A DNA stretch of 50,343 nucleotides. It comes from Oscillospiraceae bacterium. GTDB lineage: Bacteria > Bacillota > Clostridia > Oscillospirales > Oscillospiraceae. The stretch is from contig JAAWHO010000001.1 in the NCBI GenBank assembly GCA_022795905.1, forward strand, positions 1-50,343, read 5' to 3'. Position 1 is the first letter of the stretch. Each line of letters begins with the position of its first letter. Below the pieces are notes generated by a model. That model had not been told where the DNA came from. It saw only the letters and a list, made by a program, of their open reading frames with translations, and made no database searches. A program made the translations under genes and the position numbers. Below, piece after piece: positions 9,597-19,402 of this stretch.

Positions 9597-11081
9597 ATGC
9601 AGTATTTGAGCACACGAGACAAGAGCCTGCGCATGAGCGCTGCCGAGGCCATCAAAATGGGCCTGAGCCGGGACGGGGGGCTGTTCACGCCGGTGAGCTT
9701 CCCCACGCTGGGGACGCTGGAGCTGGAGACCCTGTGTCAGATGAGCTACCAGCAGCGGGCGGCGTATATCATGGAGCGGTACCTGGAGGACTTCCGGCCG
9801 GAGGACCTGGCCCTGTTTGCCAGGAGGGCCTACGGTCCGGAGAAGTTTGACCACCCGGACGCGGCCCCGCTGCGCAAGGTCAACGACCGGACCTGGTGCC
9901 TGGAGCTGTGGCACGGGCCCACCAGCGCCTTCAAGGACATGGCCCTCCAGATGCTGCCCCAGCTGCTCTCCGCCAGCCTGCGGATGACGGGGGAGGAGAA
10001 GACGGCCTGCATCCTGGTGGCTACCTCCGGCGACACGGGGAAGGCGGCCATGGAGGGCTTTGCCGACGTGGACCAGACCAAAATCCTGGTATTCTACCCG
10101 GAGAAGGGCGTCAGCGAGATCCAGAAGCTCCAGATGGTCACCCAGGAGGGCGGCAACGTGGGTGTGTGCGCCGTGAAGGGCAACTTTGACGATGCCCAGA
10201 ACGGCGTCAAGCGCATTTTCTCCGACGAGGCCATCCGGGAGGAGCTGGCTCAGAGGGGATACTTCCTCTCCTCGGCCAACTCCATCAACTGGGGCCGCAT
10301 CCTGCCACAGATCGTCTACTATGTCTCCGGGTACTGCGACCTGCTCAACGCCGGGGAGATCAAGCTCGGCCAGAAGGTGAACTACTGCGTCCCCACCGGG
10401 AACTTCGGCAACATCCTGGCCTGCTACTACGCCAAGCGGATGGGCGTGCCCATTGGGAAGCTCATCTGCGCCTCCAACCGAAACGACGTGCTGACAGAGT
10501 TCATCCGCACCGGTGTCTACGACCGGAACCGGCCCTTCCACACCACCATGAGCCCGTCCATGGACATTCTGATCTCCAGCAATCTGGAGCGGCTTCTCTT
10601 TGATCTGAGCGGCCGGGACGACGAGCTGGTCCGAGGGTATATGGAGAAGCTGGCGAAGGAGGGCCGTTACGAGATTGGCAGGGAGATGCGGGAACAGCTC
10701 CAGGAGCTGTTCTACGGCGGCTTCTGCGGCGAGGAGGAGACCTCCGCCAGCGTGTCGATGATGTATCAGTACGGGTACCTTATCGACACCCATACCGCTG
10801 TGGCGGCCAAGGTCCTGACCGATTACCGGAAGGAGACTGGCGACACCGCGCCGGCCATCTTCGTCTCCACGGCCAGTCCCTACAAGTTCTGCGACAGCGT
10901 CCTGACCGCCATCGGCGAGAAGCCGGTGAAGAACAGTCTTGAGCGTATTGACCAGCTCCAGGCGGCCTCCGGCGTGCCCGCGCCCGGGCGGCTGGCGGCA
11001 CTGAAGGAGAAGGAAGTCCGCTTTGGCCAGGTGGTGCGGAAGGAGCAGATGGAGAAGGCGGTCCTGGACTTCCTGCGCTAG
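9597..11081 (+). CDS. thrC: threonine synthase
   Basis: MQYLSTRD... N-terminus, PLP lysine context SAFKDMALQ, and GDTG. GGAGG lies upstream of ATG 9597. Confidence 0.9.
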   Translation: MQYLSTRDKSLRMSAAEAIKMGLSRDGGLFTPVSFPTLGTLELETLCQMSYQQRAAYIMERYLEDFRPEDLALFARRAYGPEKFDHPDAAPLRKVNDRTWCLELWHGPTSAFKDMALQMLPQLLSASLRMTGEEKTACILVATSGDTGKAAMEGFADVDQTKILVFYPEKGVSEIQKLQMVTQEGGNVGVCAVKGNFDDAQNGVKRIFSDEAIREELAQRGYFLSSANSINWGRILPQIVYYVSGYCDLLNAGEIKLGQKVNYCVPTGNFGNILACYYAKRMGVPIGKLICASNRNDVLTEFIRTGVYDRNRPFHTTMSPSMDILISSNLERLLFDLSGRDDELVRGYMEKLAKEGRYEIGREMREQLQELFYGGFCGEEETSASVSMMYQYGYLIDTHTAVAAKVLTDYRKETGDTAPAIFVSTASPYKFCDSVLTAIGEKPVKNSLERIDQLQAASGVPAPGRLAALKEKEVRFGQVVRKEQMEKAVLDFLR

Positions 11082-11184
11082 GCGGGAAACCCGCATAAGG
11101 AAGTCACAAAAGGGCATTGTATTGGGCGGTCCGCTGTGCTATGCTTGTTGTGTGGAAGCGCACCGGTAAGAAGGGAGCAGATAT

Positions 11185-11871
11185 ATGGCGCTCTATGCCA
11201 TCGGCGATCTCCATTTGTCACTGACAGCCAACAAACCAATGGACATCTTCGGCCCCGGGTGGGCGAACCACACCGCCCGGCTGGAGGAGGCCTTCTCCCA
11301 TTTGAGGGAGGACGATGTGACCGTGCTGTGCGGGGACACCTCCTGGGGGATCGATTTTGCCGGGAGCCTGGCGGATTTTCAGTTTATCGACCGTCTGCCG
11401 GGGAGGAAGCTCCTCCTCAAGGGGAACCACGACTACTGGTGGAACACTGCCGCGAAGATGCGGCGCTTCTTTGCGGACAACGGCATAACCACCCTGGACA
11501 TCCTCCACAACAACTGCCACTTTTACGGGGAGTACGCCCTCTGCGGCACCAGAGGCTGGTTTTACGAGGAGGACCAGTCCGGCCACAACGAGAAGGTGTT
11601 CAACCGGGAGGTGGGCCGCCTGGAGGCATCGCTCCGTCTGGCGGAGGGCCGGCCCATCCTGGCGTTTCTCCACTATCCGCCCCTCTATACCGGCTACCGC
11701 TGCCCGGAGATCCTCGCGAAGCTGGAGGCGTACCGCGTGGAGCGGTGCTTTTACGGCCATCTCCATGGCCCCACGCACCGCCGGGCGGTGGAGGGACAGA
11801 TGGGGAGCGTGGAGTACAGCCTGGTGTCCGCGGACTATCTGGGATTTGTCCCGAAAAAAATATGCGATTGA
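11185..11871 (+). CDS. metallophosphoesterase family protein
   Basis: 228 aa with calcineurin-like motifs GDLHL, GDTSWG, GNHDYWW and GHLHG. Confidence 0.75.
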   Translation: MALYAIGDLHLSLTANKPMDIFGPGWANHTARLEEAFSHLREDDVTVLCGDTSWGIDFAGSLADFQFIDRLPGRKLLLKGNHDYWWNTAAKMRRFFADNGITTLDILHNNCHFYGEYALCGTRGWFYEEDQSGHNEKVFNREVGRLEASLRLAEGRPILAFLHYPPLYTGYRCPEILAKLEAYRVERCFYGHLHGPTHRRAVEGQMGSVEYSLVSADYLGFVPKKICD

Positions 11872-11961
11872 ACGAAAAAATACTGGAATTTTTCGATTTA
11901 CTGTGGTACAATACCAAGATGGCTGATTCTGAAAGCCGACAGTAAACGGAGGAAAGATAAA

Positions 11962-13317
11962 ATGAGTGTGAAAAACTGCGAAAAGCTGGAAAAAAGCATG
12001 GTCAAGCTGACCGTAGAGGTAAGTGCCGCCGATTTCGAGGCTGCCGTGGAAAAGGCTTACAGAAAACAGCGCGGTAAGATCAGTATGCCTGGCTTCCGTC
12101 CCGGGAAGGCTCCCCGCAAGATGATCGAGAAGATGTATGGCGCGGAGATCTTCTATGAGGAGGCCGTGAATATCCTCCTGCCCGATGCCTATGGCGAGGC
12201 GGTGAAGGAAAAGGAGCTGGAGGTGGTGGGCTACCCCCAGGTGGAGCTGCTGAGCGTGGGTAAGGATGGCTGCTCCTTTGCCGCCACCGTGGCCGTGTAT
12301 CCGGAGGTCACCCTGGGCCAGTACAAGGGCCTGGAAATTCCCAAGGCTGAGGTGAAGGTACTCGCCGCCGACGTCAACGCCCGTCTCAAGGAGATGGCCG
12401 ACCGCAACGCTCGGATGGAGGACCAGGACCGCCCGGTGAAGAAGGGCGATTTCGCCAACATCGACTTTGAGGGCTTCCTGGACGGCAAGCCCTTCGACGG
12501 CGGCAAGGGGGAGAGCTACGATCTGGAGATCGGCTCCGGCACCTTTGTCCCCGGCTTTGAGGAGAAGCTTATCGGTATGGCTGTGGGGGAGGAGCGGGAT
12601 ATCGATATCACCTTCCCCGAGAACTACCACGAGGGCCTTGCCGGCAAGGATGTCGTGTTTCATGTGAAGGTCAACGGCGTGAAGGTCAAGGAGCTCCCTG
12701 CCATTGACGACGAGTTTGCCAAGGATGTCTCCGAGTTCGACACGCTGGCGGAGCTGAAAAAGGACGTGAAGGCCAAGATTATCGCTGAGCGGGAGGAGGC
12801 CGGCAGACAGGCCTTCGAGGATATCGCCATGGAGCACGTGGCCGACAATCTCACCGCCGACGTCCCCGATGTCATGGTGGAAGAGCAGGCCCGCGCCCTG
12901 GTGCAGAATTTTGCCCGGCAGCTCCAGGGACAGGGGATGACCGTGGAGCAGTATATGCAGATGACCGGCGGCAGTGTCGATGGCCTGCTGGAGGAGGCTA
13001 AGGCCCCCGCTGCCCGGCAGGTGAAGATGGACCTGGCCATTGCCGCCATTGTCAAGGAGGAGAACATCGAGGTCTCCGATGAGGATGTGGAGGCCGAGTA
13101 CCAGAAGAGGGCCGAGCAGTTCAAGATGGATGTGGAGACCCTGAAGAAGTACATCGACCGGGCGGTCCTTCACGAGCAGCTCCTGCGGGATAAGGCCATC
13201 GCCGTGGTGGTGGACAGCGCCGTCCCCGTCAAGCCCGTGGTGGAGAAGGAGAAGCCCAAGAAAAAGGCCTCCGAGGAGGAGCCTGCCGAGGACGGCCAGG
13301 AGGAGACGGCGGAGTAA
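11962..13317 (+). CDS. tig: trigger factor
   Basis: 451 aa with a ribosome-binding GFRPGKAPRKMIE motif, a central FKBP PPIase domain and an acidic C-terminal tail. Confidence 0.95.
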   Translation: MSVKNCEKLEKSMVKLTVEVSAADFEAAVEKAYRKQRGKISMPGFRPGKAPRKMIEKMYGAEIFYEEAVNILLPDAYGEAVKEKELEVVGYPQVELLSVGKDGCSFAATVAVYPEVTLGQYKGLEIPKAEVKVLAADVNARLKEMADRNARMEDQDRPVKKGDFANIDFEGFLDGKPFDGGKGESYDLEIGSGTFVPGFEEKLIGMAVGEERDIDITFPENYHEGLAGKDVVFHVKVNGVKVKELPAIDDEFAKDVSEFDTLAELKKDVKAKIIAEREEAGRQAFEDIAMEHVADNLTADVPDVMVEEQARALVQNFARQLQGQGMTVEQYMQMTGGSVDGLLEEAKAPAARQVKMDLAIAAIVKEENIEVSDEDVEAEYQKRAEQFKMDVETLKKYIDRAVLHEQLLRDKAIAVVVDSAVPVKPVVEKEKPKKKASEEEPAEDGQEETAE

Positions 13318-13431
13318 GGTTCCCTGCCTCTGCCGGCTGCCGGTATAAGATGCGGCCGGCGGGGGTATGCTGAAGGTAACTGTGCGTTGTTTGCCGGGAG
13401 GGCCAACGATTCTACTTTTGGAGGTATTTCC

Positions 13432-14013
13432 ATGAGCTTAGTTCCCTATGTCGTAGAGCAGACCAACCGGGGCGAGCGCTCCTATGATATTTTTTCCCGC
13501 CTGCTCAACGACCGCATCGTCTTTCTGGGCGAGGAGGTCAACGCCACCACCGCCAGTCTCGTGGTGGCCCAGCTGCTGTATCTGGAGGCCCAGGACCCGG
13601 ATAAGGAGATCCAGTTCTATATCAACAGCCCCGGCGGTTCCATCACCGACGGCATGGCGATTTATGACACCATGCAGTATATCAAGTGCGACGTGTCCAC
13701 CATCTGCATCGGTATGTGCGCCAGCATGGCCGCGTTCCTGCTCAGCGCCGGGGCGAAGGGGAAGCGGCTGGCCCTGCCCAATTCGGAGATCATGATCCAC
13801 CAGCCCTCCGCCGGGACCCAGGGGCAGGTGACGGACATGGCCATCCATCTCAAGCGGTTTGAGATTATCAAGCAGCGGATGAACCGCATTATGGCGGAGA
13901 ACACGGGCAAGACCCTGGAGGAGATCACCGCCGCCTGTGAGCGGGACAACTTTATGCAGGCCGAGGAGGCCAAGGAGTTTGGACTGATCGACAAGGTCAT
14001 CTACTCCAGATAA
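13432..14013 (+). CDS. clpP: ATP-dependent Clp protease proteolytic subunit
   Basis: [11 protein letters not shown], catalytic GMCASMAA, and IMIHQP. GGAGG upstream of ATG 13432. Confidence 0.95.
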   Translation: MSLVPYVVEQTNRGERSYDIFSRLLNDRIVFLGEEVNATTASLVVAQLLYLEAQDPDKEIQFYINSPGGSITDGMAIYDTMQYIKCDVSTICIGMCASMAAFLLSAGAKGKRLALPNSEIMIHQPSAGTQGQVTDMAIHLKRFEIIKQRMNRIMAENTGKTLEEITAACERDNFMQAEEAKEFGLIDKVIYSR

Positions 14014-14035
14014 AAGAGAGGGGAAAAGCAAACCA

Positions 14036-15313
14036 ATGAGCGAAGAGACCAAGAAGTCCCTGCGCTGCTCCTTCTGCGGCAAGCGGGAGGAGGAGGTGCG
14101 GCGGATGATCCAGGGCCCCGGCGCCCGGATCTGTGACCAGTGCGTACAGCTGTGCATGAGCGTGCTGGAGGAGGAGCTGGGGAATCCCTCCGCCCGCTTC
14201 TCCTCGGAGGCGCCGGACCATCTGCCCACGCCCAGGGAGATCAAGACCTACCTGGATGAGTACGTCATCGGCCAGGAGAGCGCCAAGGTGGCACTGAGCG
14301 TGTCGGTGTACAACCACTACAAGCGGGTCTATAACGGGGGCGGAGAGGATGTGGAGCTTCAGAAGAGCAACATCCTCATGCTGGGCCCCACCGGCAGCGG
14401 CAAGACCCTCTTTGCCCAGACCCTGGCCCGGATTCTCAATGTGCCCTTCGCCATTGCCGACGCCACCACCCTCACCGAGGCGGGCTACGTGGGCGACGAT
14501 GTGGAGAACATCCTCCTGCGCCTGCTCCAGGCGGCGGACTACGATGTGGAGCTGGCGGAGCACGGGATCATCTACGTGGACGAGATCGACAAGATCGCCC
14601 GGAAGAGCGAGAACACCTCCATCACCCGGGATGTGTCCGGCGAGGGGGTACAGCAGGCCCTTTTGAAGATTCTGGAGGGCACCGTAGCCAACGTGCCGCC
14701 CCAGGGCGGGCGCAAGCACCCCCACCAGGACTTTATCCAGGTGGATACGCGGAACATTCTGTTCATCTGCGGCGGCGCTTTCGACGGCATTGACAAGATC
14801 ATTGAGCGCAGGACCGACAAGCGGAGCATCGGCTTCGACTCTCAGCTCCAGAGCAAGAAGGAGCGTGATATCGGGGCCATTCTCAAAGAGGTCCAGCCCC
14901 ACGACCTGCTGCGGTTCGGGATCATCCCCGAGCTGGTGGGCCGTCTGCCGGTGATTGCGCCTCTGGACAGCCTGAAGCGCGAGGAGCTGGTGCGGGTCCT
15001 CACGGAGCCGAAGAATGCTCTGGTCAAGCAGTATACCAAGCTGCTGGAGTACGACGGGGTGGAGCTTGTCTTCGATGAGGGTGCTCTGGAGGCGGTGGCC
15101 GACAGAGCCATTGAGCGCAACATCGGTGCGCGGGGCCTCCGGGCGGTAATGGAGGGACTTCTGACAGAGGTCATGTTTGACATCCCCTCCGATACCACGG
15201 TGGAAAAGGTGATTATTACCGCCGCCTGCGTCCGAGGAGAGAGCGGACCGGAGCTGGTTCGCAACAGCGCGGGGAGGGAGCACGCCGGTTGGCGCGCCAA
15301 TCCCGCCTCCTGA
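14036..15313 (+). CDS. clpX: ATP-dependent Clp protease ATP-binding subunit ClpX
   Basis: N-terminal zinc finger CSFCGK..CDQC; Walker A GPTGSGKT; Walker [10 protein letters not shown]. Confidence 0.95.
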   Translation: MSEETKKSLRCSFCGKREEEVRRMIQGPGARICDQCVQLCMSVLEEELGNPSARFSSEAPDHLPTPREIKTYLDEYVIGQESAKVALSVSVYNHYKRVYNGGGEDVELQKSNILMLGPTGSGKTLFAQTLARILNVPFAIADATTLTEAGYVGDDVENILLRLLQAADYDVELAEHGIIYVDEIDKIARKSENTSITRDVSGEGVQQALLKILEGTVANVPPQGGRKHPHQDFIQVDTRNILFICGGAFDGIDKIIERRTDKRSIGFDSQLQSKKERDIGAILKEVQPHDLLRFGIIPELVGRLPVIAPLDSLKREELVRVLTEPKNALVKQYTKLLEYDGVELVFDEGALEAVADRAIERNIGARGLRAVMEGLLTEVMFDIPSDTTVEKVIITAACVRGESGPELVRNSAGREHAGWRANPAS

Positions 15314-15581
15314 CGGGCGGCGTTTTCAGAGAGTTCAATGCGTTGATGCAGGGAGATGATTTGGCGCGGAGCCGCGGGTTGTTTCCAGGTGGGATGCGGG
15401 TTATTGTCTGCTGTTAAGAGATAGACTGGACGTCTTGGCCTGCGCTTTTTGCGAGGCTGGCGCTTACCCTGCTTTTACCGGAAACAAAACAATGGCCCGG
15501 CGCTAAATCCTTTTCTGAACGTGTTTTCAACATTTTTTCTTTGATGTGTTATTTTTGTTGATGAATTTTGACCACTGTTTT

Positions 15582-15613
15582 CCAGGGGGCCGGCGGTATG
15601 CCGCCGGCCCTGG
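15582..15613 (+). other. GC-rich stem-loop in the lon 5' leader
   Basis: CCAGGG(GG)CCGGCGG-TATG-CCGCCGGCCCTGG: 13 bp with a 2-nt G bulge, no following U-tract, about 40 nt upstream of lon ATG. Confidence 0.4.
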
Positions 15614-15651
15614 GAAGCGCTGTGCCCATCCTGAAGTAAGGAGGTCTACCA

Positions 15652-18054
15652 ATGGAAAATACAGCGATAAATATGCCGGTGCTGGCACTGCGGGGTCTGA
15701 CGATCTTTCCGGAATGTATTCTGAGCTTTGATGTGGAGCGGGAGATCTCTATACGGGCCCTGGAACGGGCCATGGAGGAGGGGCAGCAGATATTCCTGGT
15801 GGCCCAGCGGGAGCTGACGGCCTTCACGCCGGGGATGGATGACCTCTTCCATGTGGGCACTATCTCGGCGGTGCGGCAGATCCTCCGCATCAGCGAGGGG
15901 TCTGTCCGGGTAATGATGGAGGGCCGGTGCCGTGCGCGGCTCCGCCGCCTGTGGCAGACAGAGCCCTATCTCCAGGGCAATGTGGAACCCATCCGTGAGA
16001 TCAGGAGCCGGGTGTCCGATTTCCAGCTGGAGGCGCTGCTGCGGCAGACCTACTCCCATTTCAGCGATTACGCCTCCATTGCCCCCCGCATGAGCGAGGA
16101 CGTGGCGGCGGCGGTGCTGGAGGACCAGAACCCCGGCCATCTGGCGGATTACATCGCCCAGAATATCCCTCTGCGCCACCAGGACCGGCAGATGATCCTG
16201 GAGGAGTGCCGGCCGGTGGTCCGTCTGCGGAAGATCAACGAGCTGCTGGTGCGGGAGGTGGAGGTCCTCTCCTGCGAGCAGGAGCTGGAGAGCAAGATCC
16301 GCCGGGAGCTGGGAGAAGCCCAGCGGGACCACATCATCCGAGAGCAGATCCGCCTGCTCCAGCGGGAGCTGGGGGAGGATGAGGACAGCGAGCTGACGGA
16401 ATACCGCCAGAAGATTGAGGAGCTGGGCCTGCCAGAGGACAGCGAGGTGGAGAAAAAGCTCCTCAAGGAGGTGGACCGCCTGGCCAAGCAGGCATATTCC
16501 AGCGCCGAGGCCGCGGTTATCCGCAACTATCTGGATGTGTGTCTGGAGGTGCCCTGGTATACGGAGACGAAGGCCAGGGCCAGCATTGCCGCCACCCGCC
16601 GGATTCTGGACCGGGATCACTTCGGCCTGGAGAAGGTGAAGGAGCGGATTCTGGAGCTGGTGGCCGTGCGGCAGCTGAACCCGGAGGCCAGAGGGAAGAT
16701 TATCTGCCTGGTGGGTCCCCCCGGCGTGGGAAAGACTTCTATCGCGATCTCTGTGGCGGAGGCCATGGGACGGAAGCTTGCCCGGCTCAGTCTGGGCGGC
16801 GTCCGGGACGAGGCGGAGATTCGGGGCCACCGGAAAACCTATGTAGGCGCTATGCCGGGGCGCATTGTCAACGCGATTATTCAGAGCGGGAGCATGAACC
16901 CGCTGCTGCTGCTGGACGAGATCGACAAGCTGGGGAACGACTACCGGGGGGACCCGGCCTCGGCCCTGCTGGAGGTGCTGGACAGCGAGCAGAACAAGTC
17001 CTTCCGGGACCACTTCCTGGAGCTGCCTTTGGATCTGAGCCGGGTGCTCTTTATTACAACGGCAAATACCACCTCCACCATTCCCCGGCCTCTGCTGGAC
17101 CGGATGGAGGTCATTGAGCTGGCCAGCTACACCGACGAGGAGAAGCTGGAGATTGCCAGGCGCTACCTGCTGCCCAAGCAGATGAAGGAGAGCGGCCTGA
17201 AGAAGGGGAGCCTGCGGGTGAGCCCCGAGGCGATCCGGGAGCTGATTACCGGGTATACCAAGGAATCCGGCGTGCGGAATCTGGAGCGTGAGCTGGGGCG
17301 GCTGTGCCGCAAGGCGGCGATCCGCCTGGTGCGCCGGGAGGCGAAGGTCATCAAGGTTACACCGGAGAATCTGACAGACTTCATGGGCGTGCGCCGCTAT
17401 CTGCCGCCGTCGGTGATTAAGAATCCGGTGGGACTGGTCAACGGCCTGGCCTGGACAGAGGCGGGCGGCGAGCTGCTGGAGGTAGAGGTCAATGTTATGG
17501 AGGGCGCCGGGAAGCTGGAGCTGACGGGGAACCTGGGGGATGTGATGAAGGAGTCCGCCCATGCGGCCCTCAGCTGCATCCGGAGCCGCGCGGTCCAGCT
17601 GGGGATTGACCCGGAGTTTTACAAGAGCAAGGATATCCACGTCCACTTCCCGGAGGGGGCCGTGCCCAAGGACGGACCCTCCGCCGGAGCGGCTATCACC
17701 ACGGCGATGGTTTCGGCCCTGACGGGGCAGCAGGTGCGCTCCGATGTGGCGATGACCGGCGAGGTGACGCTCCGGGGCCGGGTGCTGGCTATCGGGGGAT
17801 TGAAGGAGAAGACCATGGCCGCTAAGCGCAGCGGCATCCGCACGGTGATTATTCCCAAGGAAAACCAGCGGGACCTGGAGGAGATCGACCCCGTTGTCCG
17901 GGAGGCGCTGCGGTTTGTGGCGGTTGAGACGATGGACGCCGTTCTCGGCGAGGCGCTGCTTCGATCGGAAGCTCCAGCGGAGCTGGAGGGAGAGGCGGTT
18001 GCCGCCTTTATCCCCCTGGAGCCCGCGCAGCGGGACGCGGGGCTGCGGCAGTAG
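15652..18054 (+). CDS. lon: endopeptidase La (Lon protease, LonA type)
   Basis: 800 aa with an N-terminal LON domain, Walker A GPPGVGKTS, and the protease serine motif PKDGPSAGAA. AAGGAGG upstream. Confidence 0.95.
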   Translation: MENTAINMPVLALRGLTIFPECILSFDVEREISIRALERAMEEGQQIFLVAQRELTAFTPGMDDLFHVGTISAVRQILRISEGSVRVMMEGRCRARLRRLWQTEPYLQGNVEPIREIRSRVSDFQLEALLRQTYSHFSDYASIAPRMSEDVAAAVLEDQNPGHLADYIAQNIPLRHQDRQMILEECRPVVRLRKINELLVREVEVLSCEQELESKIRRELGEAQRDHIIREQIRLLQRELGEDEDSELTEYRQKIEELGLPEDSEVEKKLLKEVDRLAKQAYSSAEAAVIRNYLDVCLEVPWYTETKARASIAATRRILDRDHFGLEKVKERILELVAVRQLNPEARGKIICLVGPPGVGKTSIAISVAEAMGRKLARLSLGGVRDEAEIRGHRKTYVGAMPGRIVNAIIQSGSMNPLLLLDEIDKLGNDYRGDPASALLEVLDSEQNKSFRDHFLELPLDLSRVLFITTANTTSTIPRPLLDRMEVIELASYTDEEKLEIARRYLLPKQMKESGLKKGSLRVSPEAIRELITGYTKESGVRNLERELGRLCRKAAIRLVRREAKVIKVTPENLTDFMGVRRYLPPSVIKNPVGLVNGLAWTEAGGELLEVEVNVMEGAGKLELTGNLGDVMKESAHAALSCIRSRAVQLGIDPEFYKSKDIHVHFPEGAVPKDGPSAGAAITTAMVSALTGQQVRSDVAMTGEVTLRGRVLAIGGLKEKTMAAKRSGIRTVIIPKENQRDLEEIDPVVREALRFVAVETMDAVLGEALLRSEAPAELEGEAVAAFIPLEPAQRDAGLRQ

Positions 18055-18126
18055 GTCTACATACTTTTCTTTTTTCAAAAAAGAAAAGTATCAAAAGAAA
18101 AAATGCGCGAAACTCCGTTTCGCTTC
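18051..18126 (+). repeat. double-hairpin intergenic repeat, copy A (starts at the lon TAG stop)
   Basis: GTAGGTCTACAT, then ATACTTTTCTTTTTT/AAAAAAGAAAAGTAT palindrome, ATCAAAAGAAAAAAT, then GCGAAAC-TCC-GTTTCGC. About 80 percent identical by eye to the reverse complement of 19318-19402. Confidence 0.75.
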
Positions 18127-18140
18127 TGGTGGGAGGTCTT

Positions 18141-18737
18141 ATGGCGGTCAACTTCAATCGGGTGGAATTTGTCCTTTCAGCGGCCTCTCCATCGGGGTTT
18201 ATCCGGGATGGACTGCCCCAGCTGGCCTTTGCCGGGCGCTCCAATGTGGGGAAGAGCTCGGTGATCAACCGGCTGGTGAACCGGAAGAATTTTGCCCGTG
18301 TGGGAGCGTCTCCGGGGAAAACTGCCCAGATCAACTACTTCCGGCTGGATGAGCGGGCTTATCTGGTGGACCTGCCCGGCTATGGCTACGCCAAGGTTTC
18401 CAAGGCGGAGCGGGACCGCTGGGGGAGGTTGATGGAGGCGTATTTTGCCTCCGGACTTATTACCTGCGGGGTGATGATCGTGGATGCCCGTCACAAGCCC
18501 ACGGCTGACGATGTGACCATGGCCAGCTGGTTTTATGATACGGGCTGTCCTCTGGCAGTGGCGGCCAACAAGCTCGATAAGCTGAAAAAATCTGAGATTG
18601 AGCCGAATCTTGCCCTGATCCGCCAAGTCCTGGCCCTCAGGGAGGAGGACAGGCTGGTGCCATTCTCCGCGGAAAAGGGTACTGGAAAAGAGGAGCTCAT
18701 TCAAATTCTGGACGATCTGATTACCGGAGAGGGATAA
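18141..18737 (+). CDS. engB: ribosome biogenesis GTP-binding protein YihA/YsxC (EngB)
   Basis: GRSNVGKSSVIN (G1), DLPGYG (G3) and NKLDK (G4). ATG 18141 follows GGGAGG. The track ORF starts at an upstream GTG 18129. Confidence 0.9.
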   Translation: MAVNFNRVEFVLSAASPSGFIRDGLPQLAFAGRSNVGKSSVINRLVNRKNFARVGASPGKTAQINYFRLDERAYLVDLPGYGYAKVSKAERDRWGRLMEAYFASGLITCGVMIVDARHKPTADDVTMASWFYDTGCPLAVAANKLDKLKKSEIEPNLALIRQVLALREEDRLVPFSAEKGTGKEELIQILDDLITGEG

Positions 18738-18740
18738 AAA

Positions 18741-18773
18741 GAACCCGCCGCAGCTGCGGCGGGCTCTTTTCTT
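18741..18773. terminator. bidirectional intrinsic terminator between engB and the convergent lipoprotein gene
   Basis: CCCGCCGCAGCTGCGGCGGG palindrome flanked by an A-run upstream and a T-rich tract downstream. Confidence 0.65.
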
Positions 18774-18780
18774 AACACAG

Positions 18781-19269
18781 TTACTTCTGTTCCACCACAA
18801 AGGCGTAGCAGACGGTGCCCTTGGCGTCGTCCCGGCTGTTCCACTGGCCCTCAACCAGGAAGACAAGATTCTCCTCACTGTCCGGTGGGATAAAGGTAAA
18901 AAGATTGTTGGCGAAGGAGGCTTCAACCGTCTCTCCCGGTTCGGGGGAGGGTGTTTCCGCGTCGCTGGCGGGCCAGCAGGTGACGGTGACAATGCCGGGC
19001 AGGCGGGAGAAGTACATACTGATAGGCGTACCGGCGGTCACGGAGACGCCGGGCAGGTTCTCGATGGCCTCCAGAGGGTGGACGGTGTCCACCACCAGAC
19101 TGTCCCGACCGGCTGTCCAGGAGTAGCCGAAGGTGCTCACCGGTGCGGCCCGTCCGCTTCCGGCAGTGAGGGAGAGGGTGGGGATGGTTTCCTGGAGGCT
19201 TGCCGTCTGGCCGCAGGCGGTCAGGAGCAGAAGCAGCAGAAGTGCGCAGGCAGTCAGTGTTTTCTTCAT
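18781..19269 (-). CDS. hypothetical lipoprotein
   Basis: 162 aa with a signal peptide and lipobox (MKKTLTACALLLLLLLTAC). I recognise no family. Confidence 0.6.
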   Translation of the reverse strand: MKKTLTACALLLLLLLTACGQTASLQETIPTLSLTAGSGRAAPVSTFGYSWTAGRDSLVVDTVHPLEAIENLPGVSVTAGTPISMYFSRLPGIVTVTCWPASDAETPSPEPGETVEASFANNLFTFIPPDSEENLVFLVEGQWNSRDDAKGTVCYAFVVEQK

Positions 19270-19317
19270 AAAATCCGTTCTCCTTTATGTAAATCAATTC
19301 TTATAGACGCAGAAACC

Positions 19318-19402
19318 CCAAAAAAGTTCCGAAGCAAAACGGAGTTTTGCGAAAAAGTTTCTTTTGATTCTTTTCTTTTCAAAGAAAAGAATGTAGACCT
19401 AC
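19318..19402 (-). repeat. double-hairpin intergenic repeat, copy B (inverted; starts at the nitroreductase TAG stop)
   Basis: The reverse complement reads GTAGGTCTACAT, ATTCTTTTCTTT/AAAGAAAAGAAT, CAAAAGAAAC, GCAAAAC-TCC-GTTTTGC. Confidence 0.75.

Noticed and set aside
15557-15573. A CtsR operator upstream of lon (reverse strand GGTCAAAATTCATCAAC).
   Set aside because: Only the first heptad matches GGTCAAA. The second repeat matches 4 of 7 positions. This is insufficient for a call.
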